Source of the DNA: the human T2T-CHM13v2.0 reference genome, Homo sapiens | NCBI RefSeq assembly: GCF_009914755.1 | Contig: NC_060935.1 | Reading direction: 5' to 3' (one strand) | DNA: 64,000 bases | Translations under genes and position numbers: made by a program | The notes under the pieces: model-generated | The model's input: only the letters and a program-made list of their open reading frames with translations | The model's database searches: none | What the model was told of the DNA's origin: nothing | In this document: positions 1-18,914 of the stretch, in pieces | Layout: every line of letters starts with the position of its first letter | How positions within the stretch are numbered: the first letter of the stretch is position 1

Positions 1-4
1 CCAT
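1..4 (-). CDS. CABP2: CABP2 start codon (ATG at 4-2); the rest of the gene lies left of the window
   Basis: The reverse complement of 1-20 is GCATGGTTCAGGGCCCATGG. The final ATGG fits the known MGNCAK N-terminus, and CABP2 is known to lie ~60 kb upstream of GSTP1 on the opposite strand. Only 4 nt are visible, so the call rests mainly on synteny. Confidence 0.7.
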
Positions 5-400
5 GGGCCCTGAACCATGCCAGGCCTGGAACCCCGGGGGTGGCCCGGGTGGGCCTCGGCGGATGCTGCTGCCTGAGGACTCCTGCCAGCCCCCAGCTGC
101 TCCCGATGAGAGCCTGGGAGTACTGCCGGGGATTTTCCTGGGGTTTTGTGGGGAAGATCGGGGGCGGGTGGGCAGGCGGGGGACTTGGGCCTGGGGCTTG
201 GGTCCTAATCCGGGATTATCTTTGAGCGTCTCCGCTGCTGAGGGGAGCCACTTGGGCCCAAGGCCCCCTGGAGAGCACAGCCTCCCCAGACTGCCTCCTG
301 AGGGTCTTCCAGACGCCCCTTCTCCAGCACCCTCCCCCAACCCCTGCCTCTAATCTCTCCCAATCAGGGGAGATTTAATGTCTTCAGAAGCAGGGCCTGG
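5..400 (-). promoter_or_regulatory. CABP2: CABP2 5' UTR and proximal promoter with K50 homeodomain (CRX/OTX2-type) sites
   Basis: Palindromic TAATCC-G-GGATTA at 206-218 and TAATCT at 351-356, in GC-rich sequence immediately upstream of the putative ATG. CABP2 is a retina/inner-ear gene. Confidence 0.55.
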
Positions 401-889
401 GTCCCAGGAGGAGGAAGGCAGGCGTGCAGTGTGCCAGGGTGGGCTGGGCCCTCCGAATGGCACAGATTCCGGTTGGTATGGACACGCGGGCCTTCCCACA
501 CAGCCTCCCAGAAAGAGGCAGCCACTTGGCTCAGCCCAGGAAGCCCCTGCCTCTCCCTGCCAGGACCCCAGCTGGGCCCTGGGCTCCTCACCTCGGGGTA
601 GCCCCAATTGCTTGCACTTGGCTCCCCCTGCCTGGACTGGTGCCCCGCCCTTGGATGAGGAGCAGAAGGGAACCGCCTATGTGCTGTGGGCAGTGACAGG
701 GCTCGGTGAGGGTGGAGATTGGGAAGGGAAGCCACCCCGGCCCTGCCGACCTCAGAGAGTCTCCCATTGGACTCTGCCTCCTGGTCCCCTCCCTGGACTA
801 AGTCCTGGGTCTGTCCTCCGGGGCCCCCAGTTGGGGTGTGGGGTCCCTGCTCTTTGTTCCTGGTCCCCTCATACCCCTGCCCGCATTAC

Positions 890-1195
890 CTGCCCGTAGG
901 CTGCCTGCACCTGGGCCTCGAGCTCCCGGAGAAGCTCTCGTCGCCGGGTGGCTGCTGGGCTGCCAGGGGCCTGGCTGGTTCCTGGAGTGCCCTCAGAGGG
1001 GCTGGGGTCCCCCGTTGGGAGGCTGCCCTCTGCTGGGCCCTGGGGCTGGGCCATGGAGATGAGGGCTTGGTACCTCCTCCTGGCTGAGGGACGCTGCTCC
1101 GTCCGGCCTCCCCAGTCCTGCGGGAGAGTGGTCTTGTGGGCAGCCACAGGTGTGGCCTGGGTCCCTGCTACTCTTCTTTCTGTCCCTTCCTCCAT
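890..1195 (-). CDS. CABP2: Candidate alternative first coding exon of CABP2 (MEEGTE...RRRELLRELEAQVQAAYGQ)
   Basis: ORF 869..1195 has a good donor CAG|GTAATG at 890/889 in phase 0. This is compatible with splicing to the phase-0 DRELRPEE exon of CABP2 (recalled; outside the window). The exon ends in a helical, charged peptide. Confidence 0.55.
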
Positions 1196-1739
1196 AAACT
1201 GGGAGAGCCCCGTGTCCCCAGAGTCTTGTATCCTCCCTAGCTCCCCGTGGCCCCTCGTGTGGCCCTGTCAGCCTGGTGAAGCCCCTCATGCTGGTCACAG
1301 ACTGTGCCCGGGGCTCCACCTGATCATCCTTGTGGCCCCAGTGGTCGGCCCTCCTGCCTGCCTTTGGCCTCCTCCCCCGCAGTGTTCTGCCTGCATCTCT
1401 CTGGCTCACGCGCACCTGATGCCCCACACACCTCCTTGCTCAGTTTCCATCTCACCGCCTGCCCCTCTCTGCCCCCTCTGCCTCTGTGTCTGTTTTGCCT
1501 GCAGCCCCGTCTCCATCCCCTCTGACTCGCCGCCATCTCTGTCAGTCTGGATCCAGTGGTGTCTCTGCCGTCTCTGACCCACTCAGCCCATCTCTCTGCT
1601 GGCTCCTTCCCTCTGTTGCTGCAAGGTCCTTTCTTGCATTGGTCTTTCTGTCTGTCCTTCCTTGCTCTTCCTATTCTCCCCACCATCCCGCTCCCAGGAG
1701 AGCTCCAGAATTCTGGAAAGGCCTTCCCCATCTCCCCAG

Positions 1740-1935
1740 CCCAGAGCCCTAGGGTCCGTCTGTGCTGCCCACCTCCCTGCCTCCCTCCCTCCTCCCCAGG
1801 GTCCCTCTGTGCTGCCCCCTCCTTCCCTCCCTCCTCCCCAGGGTCCCTCTGTGCTAGCCCCCTCCTTCCCTCCCTCCTCCCCAGGGTCCCTCTGTGCTAG
1901 CCCCCTCTCCTCCCCAGGGTCCCTCTGCATTGCCC
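1740..1935. repeat. Minisatellite, ~38-40 bp unit, 4-5 degenerate copies
   Basis: Repeated CCTCCCCAGGGTCCCTCTGTGCT(A)GCCCCCTCCTT units; G-rich on the minus strand. Confidence 0.85.
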
Positions 1936-2975
1936 ACCTCCCTGCGTTCTGCCAGGACCTCCACCTGGTCCTGCTGACCTTCAACCTCTTGCTTCTCAAG
2001 GAAAAGGGGTGGAGGTGGGCCGGGCAGCCCCTGCTGGCCTCTCAGGCTTCCTTGCCATGACCCCAGCCCACTCCCCACCCAGCTGCCCGCTCTTCAACTC
2101 CCAGAATGAGGTCATCATCCTGCCCCGGCTCCATTCCAGGCCCCTCATGATTTATTCATCTGTCCCCCACACTGGCCTTTGTCTAAGGGAACCAGATCCC
2201 ACTAGGTGCTGCCACCTGAGCTGGTGGCTCTGGCCTCTCTCAGCCACATGCGGCCATCTATTCATGTATTCCCTCAGCAAACAGCTGAGGCTGGCTGGGC
2301 CAGCTTCTGGGGCTATGTGACAGACCCCATCTGTCCAGAGAAGCCCACTCTCAGGCATGTCTAACCAGGAAAAGAGCCACCAGACAGTCTCCAAGTACTT
2401 GGGGTCCTTGGCCCAGGCATCAGGGAGGCTTCATGGAGGAGGTGAGGGGATAAGGCAATGCTGCAGGCATTGCCTATCAATGTTTAACCTGTGCCTGGCC
2501 CTGGGAGAGAGCCAGGGTCCCTGGCACGGATCAGCCTTGAACTTGGAGTGCCCCAGGAGCTGGAACCTGGCAGGTGGGTTGGATGGAGGCCCTTGGGAGG
2601 GAGGAAGGGGCTAGTGGCCTCTGGAGAGGGTATAGGTGGCAGGAGGTCAGAGAAAATTTTTGAGAGGCTGAATCTGCAGCAAACGTTTGTCCGGCCCCTG
2701 CTCTGTACCTTCCTGGGTGCTGGAACTAGTCCCTACATCCTGGAACCTTTCACCTGCTGGGAGATGCCTATTCAGCAAACCAGAATGACAGTGGCCAGGG
2801 AAGTGCAGGAAGGGCCAAGGTTCTCAGGAGGGAGGACTTGGCCGGGCGTGGTGGCTCACGCCTGTAATCCCAACACCATGGGAGGCCAAGGCAGGCGCAT
2901 CATTTGAGGTCAGGAATTTGAGATCATCCTGGCCAACATGGCAAAACCCCATCTCTACTAAAAATACAAAAATTA

Positions 2976-3344
<369 letters not shown>

Positions 3345-3937
3345 TCAGTCCCACCTCTGCACATGGAGAGCAGGAGCGGCCTGGTTTCCCAGGCGGTAAC
3401 GTCTCTGAAAACATTCATCGGAGACAGAAATTCTCCTCTGCAAGACCACAGAAAGGGCCGGCAGGCCTAGGTTCCCCCATGCACACACCGTGTCACCCTG
3501 GGAAAGGTATGTCACCTCTTTGAGCCTCAGTTTCGTCATCTGAAAAGTGGAGGTTGACCTAGCATCTGCCTCCCAGTGCCATTGTGGAAATTAGATGACA
3601 GGACCTGGCAGGTTCCTGGCACATAGGAAGGTGCAGAACGTGGTGGGCACCACACGTGATGAATGGTCTAAAGAACCATCTTTGAAAGTGGAAAATGGTG
3701 AGAAATGTATGTCCCAAAGTATAATCCAAAACAGTGGGGTCTGTAACCACTCAGAGTATAGGGGGTAAAAAAGTTTTCAGTCAGGGAGCAAAGGCCTTGT
3801 GTCTAAGTGGAGGAGAAAGCCTGGCTTGGAGATCCCCCTGCTTGTGTTCAATCAGCAGCATCCTGGAGCTCTCATCTTGGTGCCCTCAACTTGCCCAGCC
3901 TGACTTAGCCAAGCTGGGGTCCTGGCTCCAGTGTCCA

Positions 3938-4494
3938 GGATGGGTGGATCAGGGGTTTGACTAATGGGTAGACAGAGGGAAGGATGGGTAGAAGGATGGT
4001 TGGTTGGGTAAAATGGGTGGTTGGATGGATGGGTGGATAATTTGATGAACTGGTGTTTAAATGGACAGATGGATGGATAGATGAATGGATGGACCGGAGG
4101 ATGGATAGTTGGGTTAGTAGATGAGAAGTTGGATGGATGGACAGGTGAATGGCTGGCTGGCTGGAAGGATGGGTAGGTGATTTGATGGGCTGGTGGTGCA
4201 ATGATTGGTAAATGGATGGATGGATGATTGCATAGATAGTTGGTTGGGTAGAGGGTTGGATAGATGGATGGGTGAATGGAAGATGGATGTATAGACAGGT
4301 GGCCGACGATCATATGGGTAAATGGGTAGTTGGATGAATAGGTGGACAAATGGATAGATGAATGTCTTGATGGACTGGCTATTGAATATTTGATTGATGG
4401 ATTGATGGATGATTGGGTAGATGAGGGTTTAGATGGATAGAGAGATAGATGGAAGTGGATAGATGGCTGGGAGGATGGACTGCTGGTGAAGGTC

Positions 4495-4525
<31 letters not shown>
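3938..4525. repeat. Degenerate (GGAT)n tract followed by (TG)n
   Basis: About 540 bp of GGAT/GGGT/AGAT units, then TG repeats at 4495-4525. Confidence 0.92.
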
Positions 4526-5089
4526 TTTTGAGACAGGATCTCACTCTGTCACCCAGGCTGGAGTGCAGTGGTACAATCGTGGCTCATGGCTTACTACAGC
4601 CTTGACCTCCTGGGCTCAAGCAATCTTTCTCTCAGACTTCTGAGTAGCTGGCACTATAGGCATGTGGCACCATGCCCAGCCATTTTATTTATTTATTGCA
4701 GAGATGACATCTTGTTATGCTTCCCAGGCTAGTCTTGAATTCCTGGCCTCAAGCAATCCTCCTGCCTTGGCCTCCCAAAGTGTTGAGATTACAGGCATGA
4801 GCCATGGCTCCCAACAAAGGTCCTATATTCTTCATTGAAAGACTTCGTTAGGGTACAGACTATATCCTGCCTATTTTGGTGTCTCCCATGGTGTCTAGCC
4901 CATTCATTGCCTGGTACATACTAATCAATGCATGAATGAAGACTTGTGTCTGTCTATCTCCCTCCACACTTTACTGTGATTCCTCTAATGGCAAAGACGA
5001 TGGCTCCCTCTCCCCTGTTTTCCCCACAAGTTGAATCTAGAACTTGGTACCTGGTAAGCACCCCAAATAGAACCATGTTGAGAATCTAC

Positions 5090-6375
<1,286 letters not shown>

Positions 6376-8073
6376 AGGCTGGACGCAGTGGTTTACGGCT
6401 GTAATCCCAGCACTTTGGAAGGCCAGGGTGGGCGGATGGTTTGAGCTCAGGAGTTCAAGACCATCGTGGGCAACATGGCTGGCGAAACCCCGTCTCTACT
6501 AAAAATACAAAAATTAGCTGGGCATGGTAGCATGTGCCTGTAGCCCCAGCTACTCGGGTGGCTGAGGTGGGAGGATCGCTTGAGCCCAGGAGATCAAGGC
6601 TGCAGTGAGCCAAGATCATGCCACTGAACCCCAGCTTGGGTGACAGTGCAAGACCTGGTCTCAAAACAAAACAAACTGTTTATGTACACTTTAAAACCCA
6701 CCAAAAAGGCGTGATGTGCACATGCAATGGAGGTGGGGGATGGGCCGGGAAAAGCTGTGCTGCTGGGAGCCGTGGCCCCAGGGTAGCCACGGAGCTAGAC
6801 CACAGGGAAGGCCCATGGAGCCAGAGGGCTGTGGGTAAAAGCAGCCAACCGGAACACCACAGCACCGTGGCGGCAAGTCATCTGGAGGTTCAGCCCGTCC
6901 GGTGGCGGGAGACAGGCAGTCTGCTGGACAACAAGGGGTCCTCTCACCCTCTCAGATCTGTGATGCTTCTGCACAAAGCAGGAGCGGGTGCTCCAGGCCA
7001 GAGCAGGTTCCTCTGAGCCTTGGTGTCCTCATCTGTATAATGGGAACAGGACTCCCTCCCTCCCAGATTGCGTGGAGATGAAATGAGATCATTTCTATGA
7101 AAGCTCTTTGTAAGCTGCTACATGCTGGGCAGATGTTCCTCCAGCTGTGAGTCAGGGATGAGATCCCAATCCTGGTGCCACCTCCTCCTCCTCCCCCTAG
7201 GCCTAGGCAGCTGTGAGCTCAAATGAGGAGGAGGGGAAGCGCATCCAACCCTGAGCGCTCGGTGCAGGGGGTGCCCCTGATCAGTGCGATGTTTTTAATT
7301 TTTGCCCAGGCTTTGGGTGGGCGGTTCTGCACCTGGGAAGGACACCTTCCTCCCTCCTTATGGCTCTGAGCCTTCCGGGGGAGGGGCAGCCAGGAGGAGA
7401 CCCGGACTGGGGGCCAGGTGAGCTTGCAAGGAGGCAGCACTGGGCTCGGCCTGGTGAGACGCAGCCCTCTGGGGTCCAGGAAGCTCTGCCCATCCCAGCC
7501 CCTGGCCAGCCGCATTTGAAGGCTGCATTTGCCTTCATACTCAGTCAAGAAATGGTTTGCAGACTATGTGGGGGAGAAAAAATAATCTTTTCCTCAACAT
7601 TCATGAGTTGTTAGTTGGAATGGACCCCTGTAACAGTAGAACAAAAGAAAAACCTACAATCACGCAGGAGAAACCTCAATGAAAAGTAACTCCAAGCAGT
7701 GATGAGATTTCACTCACATGGTGTCTTCAACAAAGAGCAATACATTTTAGAGAAATGACAGGAAAAAAAAAGCAGCTTTAGGCTTACAAGAGCGACTACT
7801 GTGGGAAGGTAAATCTATGGCAAGAAACTAATGGAGGGAGGTTTATTTGCAGGTTCTGAAAGCAGACAAGGAGGGTCTCCAGGGATTATAGGAATTATAG
7901 GAATTTTATCAACTTACATAATTGCCTGTTTTATAGCCTGCTGTCCTGCAGCCTGTTTTTCCCCAAACCCTGTGTGGAAAGTGGTGGTGACCACAAGGTG
8001 TTGTTGGTAGGAAACAGCTTCTGACAGACCCCAGCAACTTACAGAAAGTGAACTTTCTTCATTACCATGCTAA

Positions 8074-8424
<351 letters not shown>

Positions 8425-8788
8425 TGATCTGCCTGCCTTGGCCTCCCAAAGTGCTGGGATTACTGGCATGAGCGACTGTGCTGGCCGTTTTTGTTTTTAA
8501 ATACAGACGGGGTCTCACTGTGTTGCCCAGGCTGGTCTCCAACTTCTGGGCTCAAGCAATTCTCCTGCCTTAGCCTTCCAAAGTGAAATCAAGACTATCA
8601 AGACATTGGCTGAGCACAGTGGCTCACACCTATAATCCCAGCACTTTGGGATAAACGTGCTTTGATAAAATAACACTTTAATAAAATGTCAAGGATAGTT
8701 TTCTTTAAATCAAGAAAATAATAATTTTTGTCATTCTGTCAGCCCATCTGCACGTAGGGACAGCTTAGTTTAGTCTTTGCATAGACAA

Positions 8789-8789
<1 letters not shown>

Positions 8790-8842
<53 letters not shown>
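8790..8842. repeat. (TA)n microsatellite inside the LTR
   Basis: About 26 TA units. Confidence 0.95.
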
Positions 8843-8846
<4 letters not shown>

Positions 8847-9053
8847 TTAAAACAAAGACGGTGCACTCTTCCTGTTGCTTTCTGAGGACACCCTACCCTG
8901 TAATGGAGTAGCTTTCAATAAACTCTCTCTTCTCACTGCACTCTTTGACTCATCTTGAATTCCTTCCTGTGTGAGATCCAAGAACCCTCTCTTGGGATCT
9001 GGATTGGGACCCCTTTTTCTGGTAGCATCTTCTGGTGACCACCACTAAGGGAC

Positions 9054-9425
9054 TGATATGGTTTGGCTGTGTCCCTACCCAAATCTCATCTTGAATTGTA
9101 GTTCCTATAATCCCCACATGTCATGGGAGGTTCCCGGTGGGAGGTAATTGAATCATGGGGGCAGTTATCTTCATGTTGTTCTCATGATTGTGAGTGAGTT
9201 CTCACAAGTCTGATGGTTTTATAAGGGACTTTTCCCCTTTTTGCTTGGCACTTCTCCTTGCTGCCACCACGTGAAGAAGGACGTGTTTGCCTCCCCTTCC
9301 ACCATGATTGTAGGTCTCCTGAGGCCTCTCAAGCCATGCAGAACTGTGAGTCAATTAAACCTCTTTCCTTTATTAATTACCCAGTCTCAGGTATGTCTTT
9401 ATTAGCAGTGTGAGAACAGACAAGA
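9054..9425 (+). mobile_element. THE1-type MaLR solo LTR
   Basis: TGATATGGTTTGGCTGTGTCCC...CAAATCTCATCTTGAATTGTAG...GTGAGAACAGAC. Confidence 0.88.
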
Positions 9426-11392
9426 CCCTATGCCAAGGAAATTCAGTCTGTGCAGCACTAATTGGCCACCTCTGGAAAGTGGGATCTGTCTTGGTGTCAT
9501 ATTAGGCAAGGCTAATATTTGGGTTAGAGTTCTGGCCCATGGGGTGGGAGTCCCTGCTTAAGGGGTTAGAGTTCCTGGGGCATAATAAAAATAGAAGGAG
9601 CCCTGCAAGACATTTGCCAGTGTGTGCTGTGAACTAATCTACCTTGTCCCCTTTGCTGGGTGTGGGAAAGCTACAGTTCTTGTCATTTCCCAGTTGTCAC
9701 CTTTACTTTACTGTGGCCTTATGGCAGCCCTGTATGGCTGGCCCACAGGTTCACTCACCTCTGATTACCACTTCCAAAGCTATTTCTCTCTTTTATTTTC
9801 TGCTTGCTTTGAATCTGCTATTATTAGGCTACTGGTGTTGAGATAAAACTTGCTGTTCAAGGTTACGTGGAGATTTTGTTCTGGCTAAAATGTAAACATG
9901 AGAAATGCCTTTGAATCTGAAGAAAAAAAAAAGGCGAAAGGGGCTTTTTGAAAACCAAACTTCCATGAAGTCTTCTTTACCCAAAACGTTGGTTCACAGC
10001 TTTCTTTGGATGGCTTGTCAGATGTCTGGGTCATTCTCAGTTAAGAAAAGTTTATGATATGGGAAAATATGTTTCACAGTTGTAGAATGGTTTTCTCTGT
10101 AAAATGCTAACATATGACAAACAGTTCAGGGTTTCTTGCTTCCTAAGTTCTCGGAGTCATGTATGGGTGAGTGTCTTTGTTGTCCCTTCCCTTTCCTTTG
10201 TTGTCTTTTTTCATGCTCAGTCTGCTGAGCCCCAGGGTACACAGGGATGCTCATGTTCCTTTATATTCCCTTGGGACTGGGGGTTACAGGCCCCCACTCA
10301 GAGCTGTTGGATCCTGTGGGCTATGCCTGCCAGGGAGCCTGGAGTTGTGGGGTCCTCTGGCTTGGGTGCCACCCTGTTGCATGGGGCTTTTTGGCTTTTA
10401 TGGGTCCAGGGCTGCCATGTTGCCCTGTCAGATAAACCGAGGCTCAGAGGGATGTGTGCCAGCACCTACTGATTCTCCATCCCCCTTGTCCCCTTTTTTG
10501 GCCACATGTTTGCTGTCTGTGCCTCACTAGTGACACATGTTGCCCTGCACTTCCATGCCCTGAAGCTTACACCTAGCATTTCCCTTCTGGTCTTGATGAT
10601 TTTCGTTCTTTGGGTTGTTTAATTTGGCATATCTCTGGGTGGCATTGGAGGGCAAAAGCCTCCCAGGAACTAGTCTTATTGAGAAAAGAGTAATTTTTTC
10701 CAATTCAGAAGTTATCTAAAAGTCAATTATGGCCTTGAAAATTACTTGTTAAACAAGGTAGAAAGGAACAGTAAGTAGGGGAGAGAGAGGTGTGAAGAAA
10801 GTTATGGACATGCAGACGTATTTTTGGTAAGGAAGGTTATAAAGAAAAGAGAATAATTTTGTATGAAAAAGGATCTTGTGTGGTAAATTTTTGTCCTAAA
10901 GTAAAATGACTGATTATTTAGGAGGTTTAGGACAAGGCAGAAAGTCCAAGCATGTTGTAGATGGTCTGTGTAAGTCATGATAAGCTTTGGGAAGGGGAAT
11001 TTATGAAAGTATTTTGGATGTCACTAAGTCGATTATAATTAAAAGGAAATCATTTATAATAGTCCAAGATTGGTCCCCTACGTTACAACAAGGTTTTTTT
11101 TTTAAAAAAACTATTGCTTAGCTCTTAATAAAATTGCAAGATATTTTACTTGTATTTTATAATCTATTTCTTTTGAAAACTTCTCAGAATCATATCTCAG
11201 AAGTTCAACTTTTGCTATGTCTTGTTTTTCTCTCCTTGAGAAGGATAACTTGATTCTGTACTCTTGGCTTTTCTTGATATATCTAAGTTTCTAATGTAAT
11301 CAGAAAACTTCTCACACTGTTTCTAAGAGTCAGGTATTCCCTTGCTATATGCATAGCTTTGAACACACTCTTCTTGTGTTTGGTTAAATTCA

Positions 11393-11833
<441 letters not shown>

Positions 11834-11941
11834 TTATAATTGCTATGCTGTCTTTATTAGGTTTTGGATTGCTAAAAAAACCCCTAAGATTTAAAAGGTT
11901 TTAGGTTTTATCCACTCTGTAATGGAGTGGTTACATGGTAG

Positions 11942-12281
<340 letters not shown>

Positions 12282-13314
12282 TGAGTAACTATTTTGCAAT
12301 GACCTGTGCTTCTGTTTTGATCAAATGTTTTAATCTTTTAACATCTTTAACAAACATCCTCAAAATCAAAATCCTGTTAAGTCTCTAACTTAGTTTTATT
12401 GCTGGGGCTTACTAAAGCTATAAAAGTTAATTGCTGCAAGGTTGTAGAATTTTTTTTACACCTTCTAGTTAGACCATGAAGACCAGTATCACCACCTTCA
12501 GCCCCTTGGAGAAGGTCCTTATCAGGTGCTATTGACTAATCCTCGTACTGTTAAATTACAGGGCTTTGACTTCTGGGTATCCACATCTCATCTGAAAAAG
12601 GCATCAACTCCTGCCAGTATCTGATGCCAAACTCAAGTTAACCAAAGCCTTGTCTTTAGAACTGGGCAAAAGTGACAAAGTAAACTGTTCTCATGAGACA
12701 CAGGAACAGGCCTGTATTCAAAAACATTAAGATCCATTTAATAATTTTTCCTCTATCTGAAATAATCTAATTTATTCTATGCCTTGATGCTAAATAATTT
12801 AAATGTTTGGCTACTTGTGAACTTCCTTTCCTGCCCTGCTCAAAACTAGGTAGAGCTGGCTGGGTGTGGTGGCTCACGCCTGTAATCCCAGCACTTTGGG
12901 AGGCCGAGATGGGAAGATCACTTGAGGCCAGGAGTTCGAGACCAGCCTGGTCAATACTGTGAGACCCCCATCTCATTAAAAAACAAAAAACAACTAGGTA
13001 TGGCTTATGACCTTTTGTTTAAAATGTTGCTAATTACTTATATTTTGTTTTACCTCCAGAATTTGAAATGATTCAATCCCTCCAGGCCCAGAGACTATCA
13101 TATGAGATTGTAAGAGCTGATTTTGAGGGATAAAATTAGCTCAGACCCTCCAAATCAAAGATGGAACCTTCAGGGAATCACTAGCTGGGTATACCTGTCC
13201 AAGATTAAACTTGATTTTTTTGTTGTTTGTTTGTTTGTTTTTCTGGAGTTTTGCTTTTGTTGCCCAGGCTGGAGTGCAATGGCATAATCTCATCTCACTG
13301 CAACGTGAAGCTAA

Positions 13315-13546
<232 letters not shown>

Positions 13547-13803
13547 TAGCTGGGATTACAGGTGTGTACCACCTGTAAAGATGGGCACACAGATGCCTAA
13601 GCAGCTAATAAAACGCTTGTGTTTTGTATAACTAATTGCTACAAGCCAAGATTACAATGGCTCAATGCATAGAATTTATAGATAAGTTAATTTTATAACC
13701 TTGCATTTTGGCTTTTGAGTTTTGGCTCTTATGTTGCTTAAAGGGGGTCCTAAAGCTGATGAATGCCTGCCTACCTCCATTCCCACCTGACCTAGAATGT
13801 TTA

Positions 13804-14356
<553 letters not shown>

Positions 14357-14448
14357 TTAAAAGAAACCTTTAAAAATGTAAAAATGGCCAGGTGTGGTGG
14401 CTCGCGCCTGTAATCCCAGCACTTTGAGAGGCCGAGGCAGGCGGATCA

Positions 14449-14906
<458 letters not shown>

Positions 14907-15401
14907 CTAAAATGTCCAGGATAGTTTTCTTTAAATCAATAAAATAATAAATTTTGTCATGCTGTCAGCCCACTCACACATAGGCACAACTTAGTTTAGT
15001 CTTTGCATAGATAAGAATCCTGTATAAGAAGAACTTAAAACAAATATGGTGCATCCCTCCTCTTGCTTTCTGAGGACGCCCTACTCTGTAATGGAGTGGC
15101 TTTCAATAAGCTCTCTCTTCTCACTGCACCCTGTGACTCGCCTTGAATTCCTCTCTGCACGAGGTCCAAGAACCCTCTCTTGGGATCTGGATCTGGATCG
15201 CTTTTTCTGGGAACACTGGATTAATGACTCACTGCGTCTGCGCAACTGGGACCTCTCCTCTGCATGCCATCATGCCCCCTCTCCCCTCTCCATCACCCCA
15301 TAAAACCCTCCTGTCACTTTCCTGTGGGGAGATGCTGCTTTCCAGAATCCTCTCAGTGTTCTCCTTACTTATACCAAGTAATAAAACCCTTGTTCATCTA
15401 A

Positions 15402-17332
<1,931 letters not shown>

Positions 17333-18554
17333 AGCAATGAGAGGAAAGCTGTGCTGAGGTCATTGAGGGGCTGGGTGGGCATAAGGGACCTTCTACCCCA
17401 TCCCAGGCTGCTGGGAATGACCCAGGCATAGGCAGGACCAGAGGCTACAGATGACCCTCCCAGGGGTTGAGTGGACAGGGGCGCTGGTGACCTTGGCAGA
17501 GGCCTTGTCTGCTGGATGAAGGAGTGGGAGTTGACTCCCAGGGCACTAGGGAGCCACTGCAGGCTTTTGAACAGGGATGGTGACTTTTAGGAATCAGAGC
17601 CTGTGATAGCTCAGGAAGCCTTGGGCACCACCTAACTCAACACCTAATAGACAGGGAAACTGAGGCCCAGAGAGAGGACTGGACTGCCTAGGTTCACTAA
17701 GCAAGTGGGTAGATGGGTCGAGTTGGTGTCCTGGGTGCTAAGCTCCCAGGTTGGAGGCCTGGCTGCCCCTCAAAGGAGCGTCTGCCTGACTGAGATGCTT
17801 AGCAGAGGCTCCATGGGGAGGGGTCTTATGCACCTTGGGTTTGAGGGGCTGACTGGCAGTTCTGTTTCTGGTGAAGGAGAGCTGACCCCTTTTGGGAGGC
17901 ATGGTCCAGGAACGACCCCCCCAGTCCCCAAGAGGAAAGTGCTGCACACCCATCATCTCAGTGAAATCCCGAAGCTTCCACAGCCCAGAAGACAGACTGT
18001 TGCCTGAGGGGGGAGCTGTTCCAGTGGGTCTTGTAACCCTGCCCCAAGGAGCCTGCCAGGCAGGGCCCAGGGCCTGCAGCCTGTGGCCTGTGAGCCTCCT
18101 CAGTGCCCCGAGCATTCAGGAGGGCGTGTTCAGGTTCCAGCCTCGCCTGGGCCAGGCCTTGGAGTATGCTTGGGATGCCCTGGTGCCTGAGGGCAGGCAG
18201 CCTTACCAGTGGCTTGGCATGGGAAGGGCTGGACTCCTTGGACCACAGTGGTTCACTGTGTAGGCAGGGAAGACAGTGGCCGTGGTAGGCCACAGAGCAG
18301 GCCTAGGGGACATTCGAGCATCCCGCAGGTTCCAGAGCAGCAGGAGGAGAGGAGTTGCTCTTTTCAAAGCTTCCCGCAGGAGTTGGATGCACCGGCTCAC
18401 ACTTGCAGTCCCAGCTACTCAGAGGCTGAGGTGGGAGGATTGCTTGAGCCCAGGAGTTAAAGACTGCAGTGAACTATGATTGCACCGCTAAACTCCAGCC
18501 TGGGCAAAAGAGCGAGACCCCATCTCTAAAAACATTTTTTATTTTATTTTTTGA

Positions 18555-18914
<360 letters not shown>

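Noticed and set aside
1740-1935. Regularly spaced repeats resembling a CRISPR array
   Set aside because: Tandem units without unique spacers, in primate DNA; a minisatellite.
3852-4544. 230-aa His/Pro/Ser/Ile-rich ORF
   Set aside because: Translation of the (ATCC)n simple repeat.
6690-7566. Unique GC-rich segment searched for exons 1-4 of the GSTP-like pseudogene
   Set aside because: No PYTx[13 protein letters not shown] or LYGQLPKF-like sequence seen by eye; a sensitive alignment could still find traces.
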